Assembly: GCA_004431415.1 (NCBI GenBank) | Contig: QPMI01000089.1 | Coordinates: 186,001 to 250,000, forward strand | Source: Cyanophora paradoxa CCMP329 | Taxonomy: Eukaryota > Plantae > Glaucophyta | DNA: 64,000 nt | Direction of reading: 5' to 3' | In this document: piece by piece, positions 1 to 10,432 of the stretch | How the letters are laid out: the number at the start of each line of letters is the position of its first letter | Numbering within the stretch: the stretch's first letter is position 1 | Translations under genes and position numbers: made by a program | The notes under the pieces: model-generated | The model's input: only the letters and a program-made list of their open reading frames with translations | Databases searched by the model: none | What the model was told of the DNA's origin: nothing

Positions 1-48
1 ACGGCACGCTTCTCGACTCCTCGTTGACGGCTGCTCCGTTCCGCGCAG

Positions 49-2073
49 AGCCCCGCGCCCCCGCCGATGGAGCGAGACATCCACGCAGAGCTTCTAGAGT
101 GGCAGGTGCTCCGCGCTGCACGCTTTCGTCTGCGGCGTCATCGTGCCTGACGCGGGCGGTTTGACCGACACCAAGAACCATGAACTGCCATTGGTGCGCT
201 AGTGTCCCCCGTTAGCCATTGCTACGCTCTAATCTTATGTGCGCTCTCAGATTCTGGAGTCCCTCGACTTGGGTCTCAAGCTGCCGGACGACCCAAGATC
301 GAGGGGCGTGCTGTGCGTCCTCTTTCTCTCCGCTCCGCTAGCGCGCACATTCCGCGTACTGACGCCGCTCTGCCGCTCATGCAGGACGCTCGCTTTCTGC
401 CACGGGTCCGCCCGCAAGCCGCTGAGCGCCCGCCGCGCGCTCGAAAGGGCCGTGCGCTTACCGCACACGCGCGTGCGTGGCTGCAGGTCGTTCCTTCGGA
501 CGAAGCGGGCGCGGGACGTCGCGATGAACTTCCTGTACACGCGATCCGCGACGTATCAGCGCCTGGAGTTCTACGGGGACCTCGTTCTCAAGAAGGTGCT
601 CGGCGGCGCCCTGTTGCACGACGACGAGGAGCCGCGGTCAGAGCACGAGCTCACCGAGTGCAAGTCGCACCTGTGCGCACGCGTTGGCGCCGGCGCTCGC
701 GCCCGGGCGGCGCGCCGCAGCGCAGCAGCCTGACGGGCGCCGGCGGCCGCAGGGAGAGCAACCGGAACTGCGCGGCGGTGATGCGGGGGGCGGGCCTGGA
801 GCGGCACGTTCTGGTCGGGGCGCACCTGGCGCAGAGCGGGCCGCTCCCCGACAAGCTGTGCGCCGACGTCCTCGAGTCCTTCATCGGGGGTGCGCCCCGC
901 CGCCTCCGCCGCCGCCGCCGAGCCTCCCCGGGGCGTCTCCGAGCGTGCCGCGCAGCCGTGGAAGAAGTATACGGACACGCACAGGCCGAGCGGCTCGTTC
1001 GGAAGCTGTTCTTCGGGCACGAGGACGCGCCGGCGCCGCGAAGGCCCGAGCCGCGCCGGGCGCCGGCGCCCACGCCCGAGCCGCCCTCGCCCGAGCCCGG
1101 GACGACGCCCCTGGGCGTCGAGCTTGAGGGCCACCTCGCGCGGGCGCGGGCGGCGCAGGGCCTCCCGCCCCCGCCGCGCCGCCGCCGCACGGCCGGCGAC
1201 TGGCGGCGCACCTCCGAGGGCACCCTCATCCCCTGTGCGTGTACCCCGCGCGACTCCGTTCGTTCGTGTCTGACGGCGCGCGCGGCAGACACGGCGGAGG
1301 ACCTCTCGGACGACGGGGTGCTGGCGCTCGCGCCGTCAGCGGCCGCCGCCGGCCCGTCCTCCTCCTCCTCGGAAGGCAGCCCCGCGCCGGCCCCGTCGCC
1401 CCTCGAGGCGCCGCCCGTGACGCTCAAGCTGGCGTGCGTGTGCCGCCGGCACGGCCGCCGCGCGATGCGCGTGGCTGGGAGCTGGCGGCGGCAGGGCAAC
1501 GCGCACTTCATCGTGGGCCAGTGGCAGCGGGTCCGGCCCTCTCCCCTCGATCCCGCCTTCTTCATTCAACAGATTTGGCTGACTGGGCGAGCTGCCCAGG
1601 CTGTGGACGCGTACGCTCGGGCCGTGGAGCTCGACCCGACCTGCGCCTTCTCGCACGCGCTGCGCTCCATCGCGCGGCTGCGGGCCGGCGACGTCGGCGG
1701 CGCCCTCTGCGACGCCCGGCGGGCCGTCACGCTCGACCCGGAGTACGCGAAGGCGTACGTGCGCCTGGGCGAGGCGCATTTGGTGCGCCAGGAGTGGAAG
1801 GAGGCAGCCACGGCCTTTGCGAGGAGCCTGGAGGTCGCCGCGCTCTCCCCGCGGCGCTGCCCCGCCTGCAACCGGAAGCTCCCGGAGGCCAAGAGCGGCG
1901 GAGGAGGGGGCGGCGGAGGGGGCTACCGCGCCGCGGGACGCGCCTCGTCCTCCTCGCGCAACGGCCACGTCTCGGGCCCCGCATCGATCCCGGAGCGCGG
2001 CGCGGGAGGCGGCGCGGCGCGGCGGCGCGCCAAAGCGAAGACGGGAGCCGGTTCCAACGGCCCCTCGTCTTAG
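49..2073 (+). CDS. Ribonuclease III domain + C-terminal TPR repeat protein (spliced; probably begins upstream of window)
   Basis: RNase III signature YQRLEFYGDLVL (~554-590) and second motif KLCADVLESFIG(A) (~852-890). After a Pro/Ser-rich linker come about three TPRs: WRRQGNAHF, AVDAYARAVELDP, ALCDARRAVTLDPEYAKAYVRLGEA. A branch/acceptor (ttgac...gcag) ends at 48 in frame with ATG 67, which suggests an upstream exon. Stop at 2073. Confidence 0.8.
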
Positions 2074-2447
2074 TGTAGATTAGTGTACATAGATTGCGAC
2101 CCCAGCGCAGATCTAGAGCGGAGCAGGGCAGGGCAGGGCAGGGCGGCCTGGCAGATCAAGATCAGCCCGAGTGCCCATTTCTTTCAGCCGCCTTAGTGGC
2201 GAGTGTCGTAGCGAACCCGGAAGGCGTGAGCGCGTGCGTCTTCCGAGTTCTCCAGTGCACAGGACTTGTGTGTTACTAAGTTAGCTTGGCTATGACTGCC
2301 ATCCAAACATTTCAATGCCACTCAAGCATTTCATCAGTTTGCAAAGCAGCACCGGTACCCGGGACCGGCGAACCGCGCAGTCTCACAGAGTCTCGCAGGG
2401 CCGGGCCCGGCGGTCACACCGGGTCCCTCATTAAACTACAAAGCTGC

Positions 2448-2475
2448 GCACTGCGGCATGCGCACTGCGGCATGC
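2448..2475 (+). repeat. Dispersed intergenic 14-mer GCACTGCGGCATGC (two tandem copies here)
   Basis: Exact copies at 2448-2461, 2462-2475, 7970-7983, 15862-15875 and 56738-56751. Confidence 0.8.
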
Positions 2476-2873
2476 GGCCCGGCCCCCCGCGGCCGGCTGA
2501 AATTAACTTTAGTGACTTAGTAATGCTGAACTTCCGAAAGTGCCTCTGAGCCTCGGAGTCTCACACTGTGACAGTCGAAACTTGAAACCTTCTTAACTTA
2601 GTAATCAGGCCCGAGGCCCGCGGCCCTGCCGTGCTTAGCTCGAGGCTTCAAAACTTGAAACTCGGGCCGGCAGTCGCGCTCGACCACCAGATCTAAGAAA
2701 GCTGAACCGGTGATCATGACCGGATTTCCAATTCCGAAGTTCTATGATGATAATCAGATTATTAATAATGGACAGAGAGACGCCGTGACGAGCCTCGAGG
2801 GGAAGTGGGGCTGCAGCTGGCGTGGGGGGGGGGGGGGGGGGGGAACCACCTCAGGCCACCTCAGGCCATCTCT

Positions 2874-5405
2874 CTACGAGGTGAGGTCCTCCAGGGCGGC
2901 CACGGCGTCGCCGTAGTACTCGAACCCGAAGAGGTGCGCGTGGTTGAGCAGGTGGTAGAGCTTGTACGCCCCCAGCCGCTCCTCGTACCCCGGGGCCCGC
3001 GGGATCGCCTCGTGGTACGCGTCGAAGAAGGCAGAGGGGAAGCCCCCAAAGAGCTGCGCATGCGGGGCGGCCGGTCAGCAGAGCGGAATGCCGGCATGGA
3101 AGAAGTGCTTAGAGCTGTTTGAAGCTTAAAAGCTAAGAGGCCGTAGTCACGATCATCATATTCATGATCAGCATGCAGCCTGGCAGCTGGCGCGCAGGAC
3201 CCAAGCACGGCGGAAGCTCAAGCTGGAGGCCAGCCCGGAAGACGAGGAAGTGCTTAGAGTTCGATGCTTGAAGGCTTCGAGGCCGAAGTCATGATCCGGG
3301 CGAGGGGCGGAGGGGCGGAGCAGAGCGGCAGGGGCCCGGTGCCCTTCAGGCAGAGCCGAAGATCCATCTAGAGCGGGGCCGGGGAGTTTGACGCTTAATC
3401 TTAGGCTCCAAGCGGCCAGGCGGGGCGGAAGGGGAACGGAAAGGGTTTGTAGGCAGAGCGGAGGGCCCGGCCCCAGGGGCCGCCTTGCATGAAGCCTAAG
3501 CGAGAGCAGGGGCGGCATGGCGGCGGGGGGGGGCGGGGCGGAAGGGGCGGAAGGGAAACGGGGAACCGTCTAACTCGAAGCAGAGACCGGGGCGGGGGCC
3601 CGGGGGACGCTAAGCAGAGCCAGGCAGAGCCGTCTAACTTTAGGCCGGGGCCGGGGGCCGCGGTCCGCTTCCGCGTGGGCGTAGTACGCCGCCGGGCGGG
3701 TCGAAGACGTAATTGTAATTATAATTATAAGCTAAGGGCCCAACCAGCGATCTACAAGTAATTAGGTCTGCCCAACCATAGGTCTGCCGCTAGGGCCCAA
3801 CCATAGGTACATAGGTTTATAAGCGAGGAAGTAATTATAATCTATAAGCGCGCCTGGGCGATGCCGAGATCGGCCTCCGCGTGGGCGTAGTACGCCGCCG
3901 GGTCGAAGACGGCCGGCCGCCCGTCCTCCAGCGCGGCCGCGTTCCCGAACCATAGGTCTGCCCCACGATCAAATTCATTTATCAAAAGTGGGCCGGGGGC
4001 GCGCCCCCCACCCACCGCCGTGGATGAGGGCGGGGCGGATGGGCCCCGCGGCGGCCATCAGCGCGGGGAGCCGGTCCAGCAGCCGCGCCGCCCGTCTCCG
4101 CACGTCCTCGTCCCGGAAGCTGCGCCTCGAGGGCTTAGGCTCGCTTGCTTCAGGAGCCGAGCCGGCCCCTGAGCCGGCCAGCCGGCCAGGCCGCTGAGCC
4201 GCCCGACTCGGCAGGACTCGAGGTCTGGAGGCCCGAGCCTCGGAGGGCGCTAAAGCAAAGCTCAGGCGCACCGGCGGGCGACGCGCCCCGCCATGGGCGC
4301 CAGGCGCTGCTCCCCGAAGAAGGCCGCCCAGTCGCCCCGCCACGCGTTCGCCTGATCATGAGGCTCACCTGAGGTCCGCCTCACCTGACCCGGCGGCTCC
4401 GAGGCTCACCTGGGGCGTGCTCCCGATGGTGTTGTCCACCCAGAACCCGAACTGGCCCTCCGGGGCGGCCCCGTACCCCAGAACTGCTCCGGCATCAGCG
4501 GGCCGGGAGATTGGCGGCCGCGGGCACGGCGGGCGCGCGCACGGGAGGCGGGAGGGGCGAGGTGCATGCGGGCGAGGGCAGCCCCGAGGGCCGCGTGCGA
4601 CGCCCGCGGCATCGAGGGCGCCAAGGGCAGCCACTCCATCAGCGCGAAAGAGCCGCCGGTCGCGTGCTCTGCGGCGCGAGCAGCGCCCGCGGCTTAACTA
4701 AAGGCTCTGGGCGTGAGGCTCGCTCGGTTTTAGGCTTAGCTTCACTTTAGAGCTCCCGAGTTCGGGGCGGGGGGCGCGCCCGGCGCCCGCGCGCACCGTT
4801 CTGAAGCGATCCGACGGCGAGCGGCTTCGGGGCGACTACGGCCCCCGTGGCGAGAATCGCCTCAAGCCCGAGCTGCTCGGCGCGGAACATCGAAGGGCCC
4901 GCGCTCTCGTTCACTGCGCGCGCGCGCCGGCGCCACGCGCGAAACTCGTCAGTTGGACTGGGCTGCAGACTTCGTGCGCCGCTCGGGCGCGCGAGCCTTT
5001 GCAGAAGTACTCGGCGCTCCCGCCGCCGGCGTCGGCTGCGCGTGTGCACGTGATCCGGTACGCCGCGTTGATGCTGCCGCCGCTCACGGGGCGCACGTCC
5101 TCGACGCGCCGCACGCCGAGCTTGCCGAGCTCGCGCACGATGGGGCCGAACGAGGGCGGCACCGCCTCCCCCGCCTCCGGCTGATGGCTCGCATGGGCTG
5201 CCCTACGCCTGGCGGCAGGCCGAGCGACGGGGCCCCAGCGCTGCCTCCGCCCCGCGCGCATGCGCAGCTGCGTGCCCCAGAAAGACGCCGAGCAGCCCAG
5301 CCGAGTTGAGACACCAACGTTCCTAGGCCTGCACCCGCCCGGCGCGCATGCGTATGGCGGCAGCTGCGGCGCCGCGCAACTGAACGCGCAGCCCGCTGCG
5401 CTCAT
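2874..5405 (-). CDS. Fructosamine-3-kinase family protein (ribulosamine/erythrulosamine kinase-like), predicted plastid-targeted
   Basis: Spliced motifs VSGGSINAAY, YFCK, MFRAEQLGLEAI, LARMH, FGFWVDNTIGSTPQ, PALIHG|DLWFGN, VFDPAAYYAHAEADLGIAQ|LFGGF and YKLYHLLNHAHLFG. The N-terminus MSAAGCAF...FWGTQL is transit-peptide-like. TAG at 2874-2876. One 800-nt GC-AG intron at 3054-3853. Confidence 0.9.
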
Positions 5406-5854
5406 GGGGCGCTGCTGCGGGCCTAGCAACTGTCACAGCGTCGCGCCTTGGAGCCGCGCGTCGATCGATGTCGGCCCCCGCCTGGAGCGCGTCGCTGGTC
5501 GACGCGCGCGACGACGTCGGTGCGGCGGGTAGAGGGCTACTAGCCTTCCAGCTACCACAGGCTCGTTAGAAAACTAGCCGAGCCTGACGAAAGGTCAAGA
5601 CGAACGACGTCAAGCTTCCCAGATACGCGGGAAAGACAGCTCGTCACGGGGGGTACACATTGAATAAAAGTGAGGCCGCGTTCGGCTTTCTGGGCTTCCG
5701 CCACGCTAAATACGGAGCACGGACGCTCGCAGGAGAGAGCGCAGGTTCGAATTTCTGCTTTCGCCGCTGTCCTGTCCATCAACGGCTTGACCGAAGCGCA
5801 GCTCCCGCGCGGAACCTGATGCTCTTTTCGAGAAATTGAGTGTCCAGCCCACAC

Positions 5855-7575
5855 ATGACGGCGTCCTTTGCCCCCACATGCCTCTCCCCGGCGCGGGTGG
5901 TGGTCGCCATCGGCCAACGGCCTCTTGGGCCCCCAGCGTCGCCTTCCGTCCCGGCTGGCGGCAGCAGGGCGCATTCTTCAGAGCCGTCGCCTTGCGCACG
6001 GGAAAGGCGGCCGTTGCACCCCCAGCAGCAGCATAGCCCGCCCCCGCAGCGATCACAGTTTTTCCGCGGATCTCGTGAGCACTCCTCGGCCCGGCCACAA
6101 CCCGCAAACAGCACCAGCAGGCGATTCTTTATCCCCAGCTGCATACAGGTTCCGCTCGGCGGCGGCCCTGCGCGCGAGTTTCGAGATCTCTTCAGCGTTG
6201 CGCTCCGACCTGTGTCCAGCGCGTCGTCCAGCTTGCTTTCGGCACTGCTTCCGGCGGATGTCCGAGAAAAGCTCGTGCGGGCGGCCAAGCACGACGCGTC
6301 CGCGGACGCCTCGGGATCCTGGCTCCCAGGCGTCTTCCGCGGCCACAGCGTTCTTGCGACTGTCGGCACGCTGGCGCTCGCACTGTGCTATGGCTCGAAC
6401 TTGCCAATCAGCCTCTCCGTCGAGCTGCAGACGTGGATCCTGGCGGCTTTCTTCATTGCCATCGGTCTTCCCCACGCCGCGCTCGACCACATTTCCGCCT
6501 ATCCGTCGTTCCAGGTGCCTTCCTGTTATCGCCATATGTCAATCATTGCCGGTGGTCTGACGCGGGCCTGCCGCGCTGCAGGGCTGGTTCAGCGAGAAGG
6601 GCTGGCTCCCGGCGTTCCTCACCTTCTACCTGTCCCTGACGGCTGTCACTGGCTACTTCTGGATGGTGCAGCCGTTCTGGTCCCTGCTGGCCTACCTCGG
6701 GCTCGCGGTCCTGCACTTCGGAAGCGGTGACCTGGAGCACGGGAAGACCGGCGCCATGGGCGCGTCTTTTGCGACTGAGATCCTGGCTCGCGGCCTCGTT
6801 CCCATCTCCGCGACTCTTAAATACTGGCCCACGCAAGTGGCCGACCTCTTCCACCTCGTCTCCGGCCTTCCCGCGGTTCGTGACGTATGAGCGCTCCCCG
6901 CGCGTCCACGCCTCCCGCTGACCGCGCCCGTGCAGGCCACTTTCGTTCCTTTCATCTCCGCCTTCTCGCGCATCCCGTCCATCCCAATCGTCGCCCTTGC
7001 GTGCTTCGGGTCCGTCCTCTCGCCCTCCGCGCCCGGCGCAAGCTGACGAGCAGGCGCGCAGCGTGCTCTTCACCCGGGCGATGAGGAGGAAAGCGGCCGC
7101 CGACGCTCCGGAAGCCGTCCCCGCGTCCCTCGTGTACAACGTCTGCCGCGTGGCCGAGCCAGCGACTCTGTTCCTTCTCTTCCGGCGCCTGCCGCCCCTC
7201 CTCTCCTTCACCACGTACTGGATCTTCTGGCACAGTGTCCGACACGTCCTCCACGTCTCCAGCGCCCTCAGCGACGCCGGCCCGCTCGACGCGCTCCGCC
7301 AGTTCTACCGCCTCGCCGTGCCCTTCACGGCGGCGCCGCTGGTGCTCTTCGCGTGCCTGTACGTAGGCCTCATCAACCGCGTCGGGAGCGCCGTCGCCCT
7401 CCTCCGCATGATGTTCGTCGGCATGTCCTGCGTCCTCCTGCCCCACGTCATCGTCTCCGCGTGGGCCCACCGCTCCGGGCCCGCCTCTGCCGCCTCCTCT
7501 TCTTCCTCCTCCTCCTCAGCTCCCGCCGCCCCCGCCCCCTCCACTTCCCGCTCGAAGCTCGCGTCTCGTCCTTAG
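5855..7575 (+). CDS. blh: Brp/Blh-family beta-carotene 15,15'-dioxygenase (retinal-forming), predicted plastid-targeted
   Basis: Four His motifs typical of Blh/Brp in a hydrophobic multi-pass protein: IGLPHAALDH, AVLHFGSGD, YWIFWHSVRH, LLPHV. Three short introns splice in frame. Long Ser/Pro/Arg-rich N-terminal extension starting MTASFAP. Confidence 0.85.
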
Positions 7576-8518
7576 GCGACCGCCCCTCCCGACATCGGCG
7601 GGCCTGGCAATAGGGTGAGCTGTTTGTATGTCCAGTTCGTAGCTAATCGATTCCCAGTCACCTTTTCAGCTGTCAGAACCTCACGAATCATGTAATGTGT
7701 CTTGAATCAAAAACAGGCTCATGTGTACTTCGCGATTCGCCCGTGTAATTTGCTTAGTACGCCGGGGCCGGCGCAAGCCGGCGCCGGTCACTGTAGCCAG
7801 CGCTGCGAGCTTGCAGCTTGCGGCATGCCCTGCGGAATTTGATGCGTATACGTACTGCGGCATCCCCCCGGGCCGGGGCGGCCGGCCCGGCCCACGATAT
7901 CGATCGAGGGCCCGCGCGCCTGGCTAGCGCTAGCGCTAGCTATAGCGCTCAGCGGCTAGCGCTAGCCGTGCACTGCGGCATGCGGTCCCCAATTGCAATA
8001 TATATTTAATCGAAGAGCCCTTCGCGATTCTCACTATCATGATTAGCTATAGGGCCTTCGAATTCTGGCCGGGTCCGACGCCGTGACGTCTGGAGTCTAG
8101 ATCTGGCCCGGCCCGGCCCTAGGCCTTGCCTTCGGGTCTGGTCCGGCCCTTGCCTTCCTACACCTGCATGCGCACCGGTGCCGTCGCAAATCACAGTGTA
8201 CATGTACCAGCCTGGCAGTACACGGCCTGAATTCTACTGTATTGATTGGATACACTACAATAATATGTGTTACAACACTGCGGAAGGCAGAAGAGCTCTC
8301 GATGTGAAAGTAAGATCCGGAGGGCAGAAGCGCACGAATTTCAATGAAGACGAAAAATGGCGATGCTACGTGTATAGGAAACGACAAAACCGAATTATGA
8401 TGGGCAGCCAAAACTTAGCTCTCTGACTATCTAAATATCTAATATCTACACCCGCTCCCAGGCAAAATTATGGTGGTGGTACAAGTGGGGGGCGACAGGT
8501 CGACAAATATCGAGGGTG

Positions 8519-9768
8519 TCAAGAAGAAGCCGGCAGCGCGAGCTGCGGGCGGGAAAAAGCGCCGCGGTCGCCCGTTTGAGGGCGCCCGCCGGCCGCGGGA
8601 GAGATCGACCAGGGACTCGCGGTCTGCGCGGCGGGGCTCAGGGCTCAGGAGGGAGGGACGGCGCATGGCGGGGCGCGGCGCGGACCCTCTGCTTCTGGCG
8701 CGCGGCGTTCACGAGGGCGAAGCGGCGGAGCGAGAGCGACGGGCTCTCCGACGAGGCGGGGGCGGCCTCGGCCGCCCCGTGGGAGCCGGACGATCCAGAG
8801 GGCTCGCTCGCGAGGCGCTGCCGCTGGGGCGGGGACGGGCTCGAGGGGCCCGACTCGCTGAATGACCGCTGCCGCGTGACCCCGGTCTGGGGCGGCGACG
8901 CCGGCGGCCGGTGCGTCTGGTTCCCTTTCCGCCGGCTGCTCGGGATGCAGGAGCCCAGCTGGACGCCTGCACGCGCGTGCTCAGCGGCGGCAGACGCGAG
9001 GGCGCGCGACGGCCCGAATTCAAAGCGGCCGCACTCGCGTAGGGGAGGAGGAGCCGCTCGCCGTCCGGCGCCATGTACGTGATGGAGTGCAGCAGCTTCT
9101 GCAGGAAAAGGGCGGCCCTGCGCGGCGCGGCGGCGGAACGTCGGCGCAAACCGCGCGGCCCGAGCGGAAGCGACGCACAGGTCGGGCTGAATCTGCCCGT
9201 CGACAGCAGTCCAGCGCTCAGCAAGCGTCACCATCATCGAACTGAAGCGCTCCTTCGGGACGCATGTGTTGCCCTTGCTGTCCGCGATGAAATCGCGCCA
9301 GGCCTTTTCGAAAGCATCCTTCTCGTTGAACTCGGTGCGTAGCGCCCGGAACACTGCAGCAGGTTTTGTCAATTGCCAGAGCGGCCGTGCACGACTCGGC
9401 TGGGCGCACTGCAGGAGTGGAATGGGATGTAGCGATCCCGGGTAAGCTGGTCTGTTCCCTCGGTGACTGTCTCCCATAGCTGCGACAAAGCATTCAAAGA
9501 CGGGCGTCACTCTGCCAATGCGAATTAGACTGACCTCCTCCACCTGCTCGAAAACTGTGGTGGTTTCGTTCCGCTCGTCCGGGACTCGGCCAGTTGCGTT
9601 CGTTGCGTTCGACAAATTGAGAGGATGAATTGCCATCAGCCTTACTGGCTCCGGCTGCGACGCCGCCGCGCCGCCGGTCTTGCTTTTCTCCAGCTCCGAA
9701 ACCGGGCTTTCGCGGCCAGAACCAGACCCGGCGATGGCCGTCCGAAGCCGAGTGAGAAGTCGAGACAT
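8519..9768 (-). CDS. Hypothetical protein with degenerate EF-hand-like pair
   Basis: Exons splice to LWETVTEGTDQLTRDRYIPFHSCMFRALRTEFNEKDAFEKAWRDFIADSKGNTCVPKERFSSMMVTLAERW...FLQKLLHSIT, followed by a Ser/Pro-rich tail. The 3' end is uncertain (8519 or 8439). Confidence 0.55.
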
Positions 9769-10432
9769 TGCACAGCACTACTGTACTGCCAGGCACCGTA
9801 ACGCCCGATCAAGCCGACATGTACAGGACCCACCGAATAGACCGCAAGGGAAACTAGACAACTCCTGGCCGCGGCCGGAGCGCCTTCGCCGCTTCGGCTC
9901 GCTACGCCGTGCAGGTCGATCGATGCTCGCTGGCGGCGCGATCAGCTCGGCGACCGCGCGGCCGTCGGTCCTGGTCCGCTTGTTTCTCGTTCGTTTGGGG
10001 GTACGCAAACGCTTGCGAAGACTGGGGGGTACGGTCTGAGTTCGATCGAACGATGTGAAGTCGACGATCGCGACGACGAAGCAAAACAGTGCTGCGCATA
10101 CAACTCCGTGGCATTGACGATTCGCGATCTCGAGAGGACGCCGAGAAAGCAACGTAACACTAGTACTGTGACATCGGTATCTACACGCTACATACAGATA
10201 GAGCTAGAGGCAACTGCAAACATAAACCCACAAGTACACTCGTGGCAGTCAATCGCAAGCAGCACTGCGCATGCGGTACGCGCGCTGATCATGAGAGCAG
10301 ATAAAGAGATCTAGATTCTGGATGCTGCCCTCAACACAATTCAATCATTCGGATGCATCGTATCGATATGTCGTCGCGCGCGCGCGCGCGCGGGCGTCGA
10401 CGTTACGTCGGCGTTCGTTCGCTTCGCTTATA

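Noticed and set aside
8097-8426. AT-richer short ORFs (82 and 104 aa)
   Set aside because: They lie in the 3' region of the upstream minus-strand gene, with atypical codon usage and no motifs.
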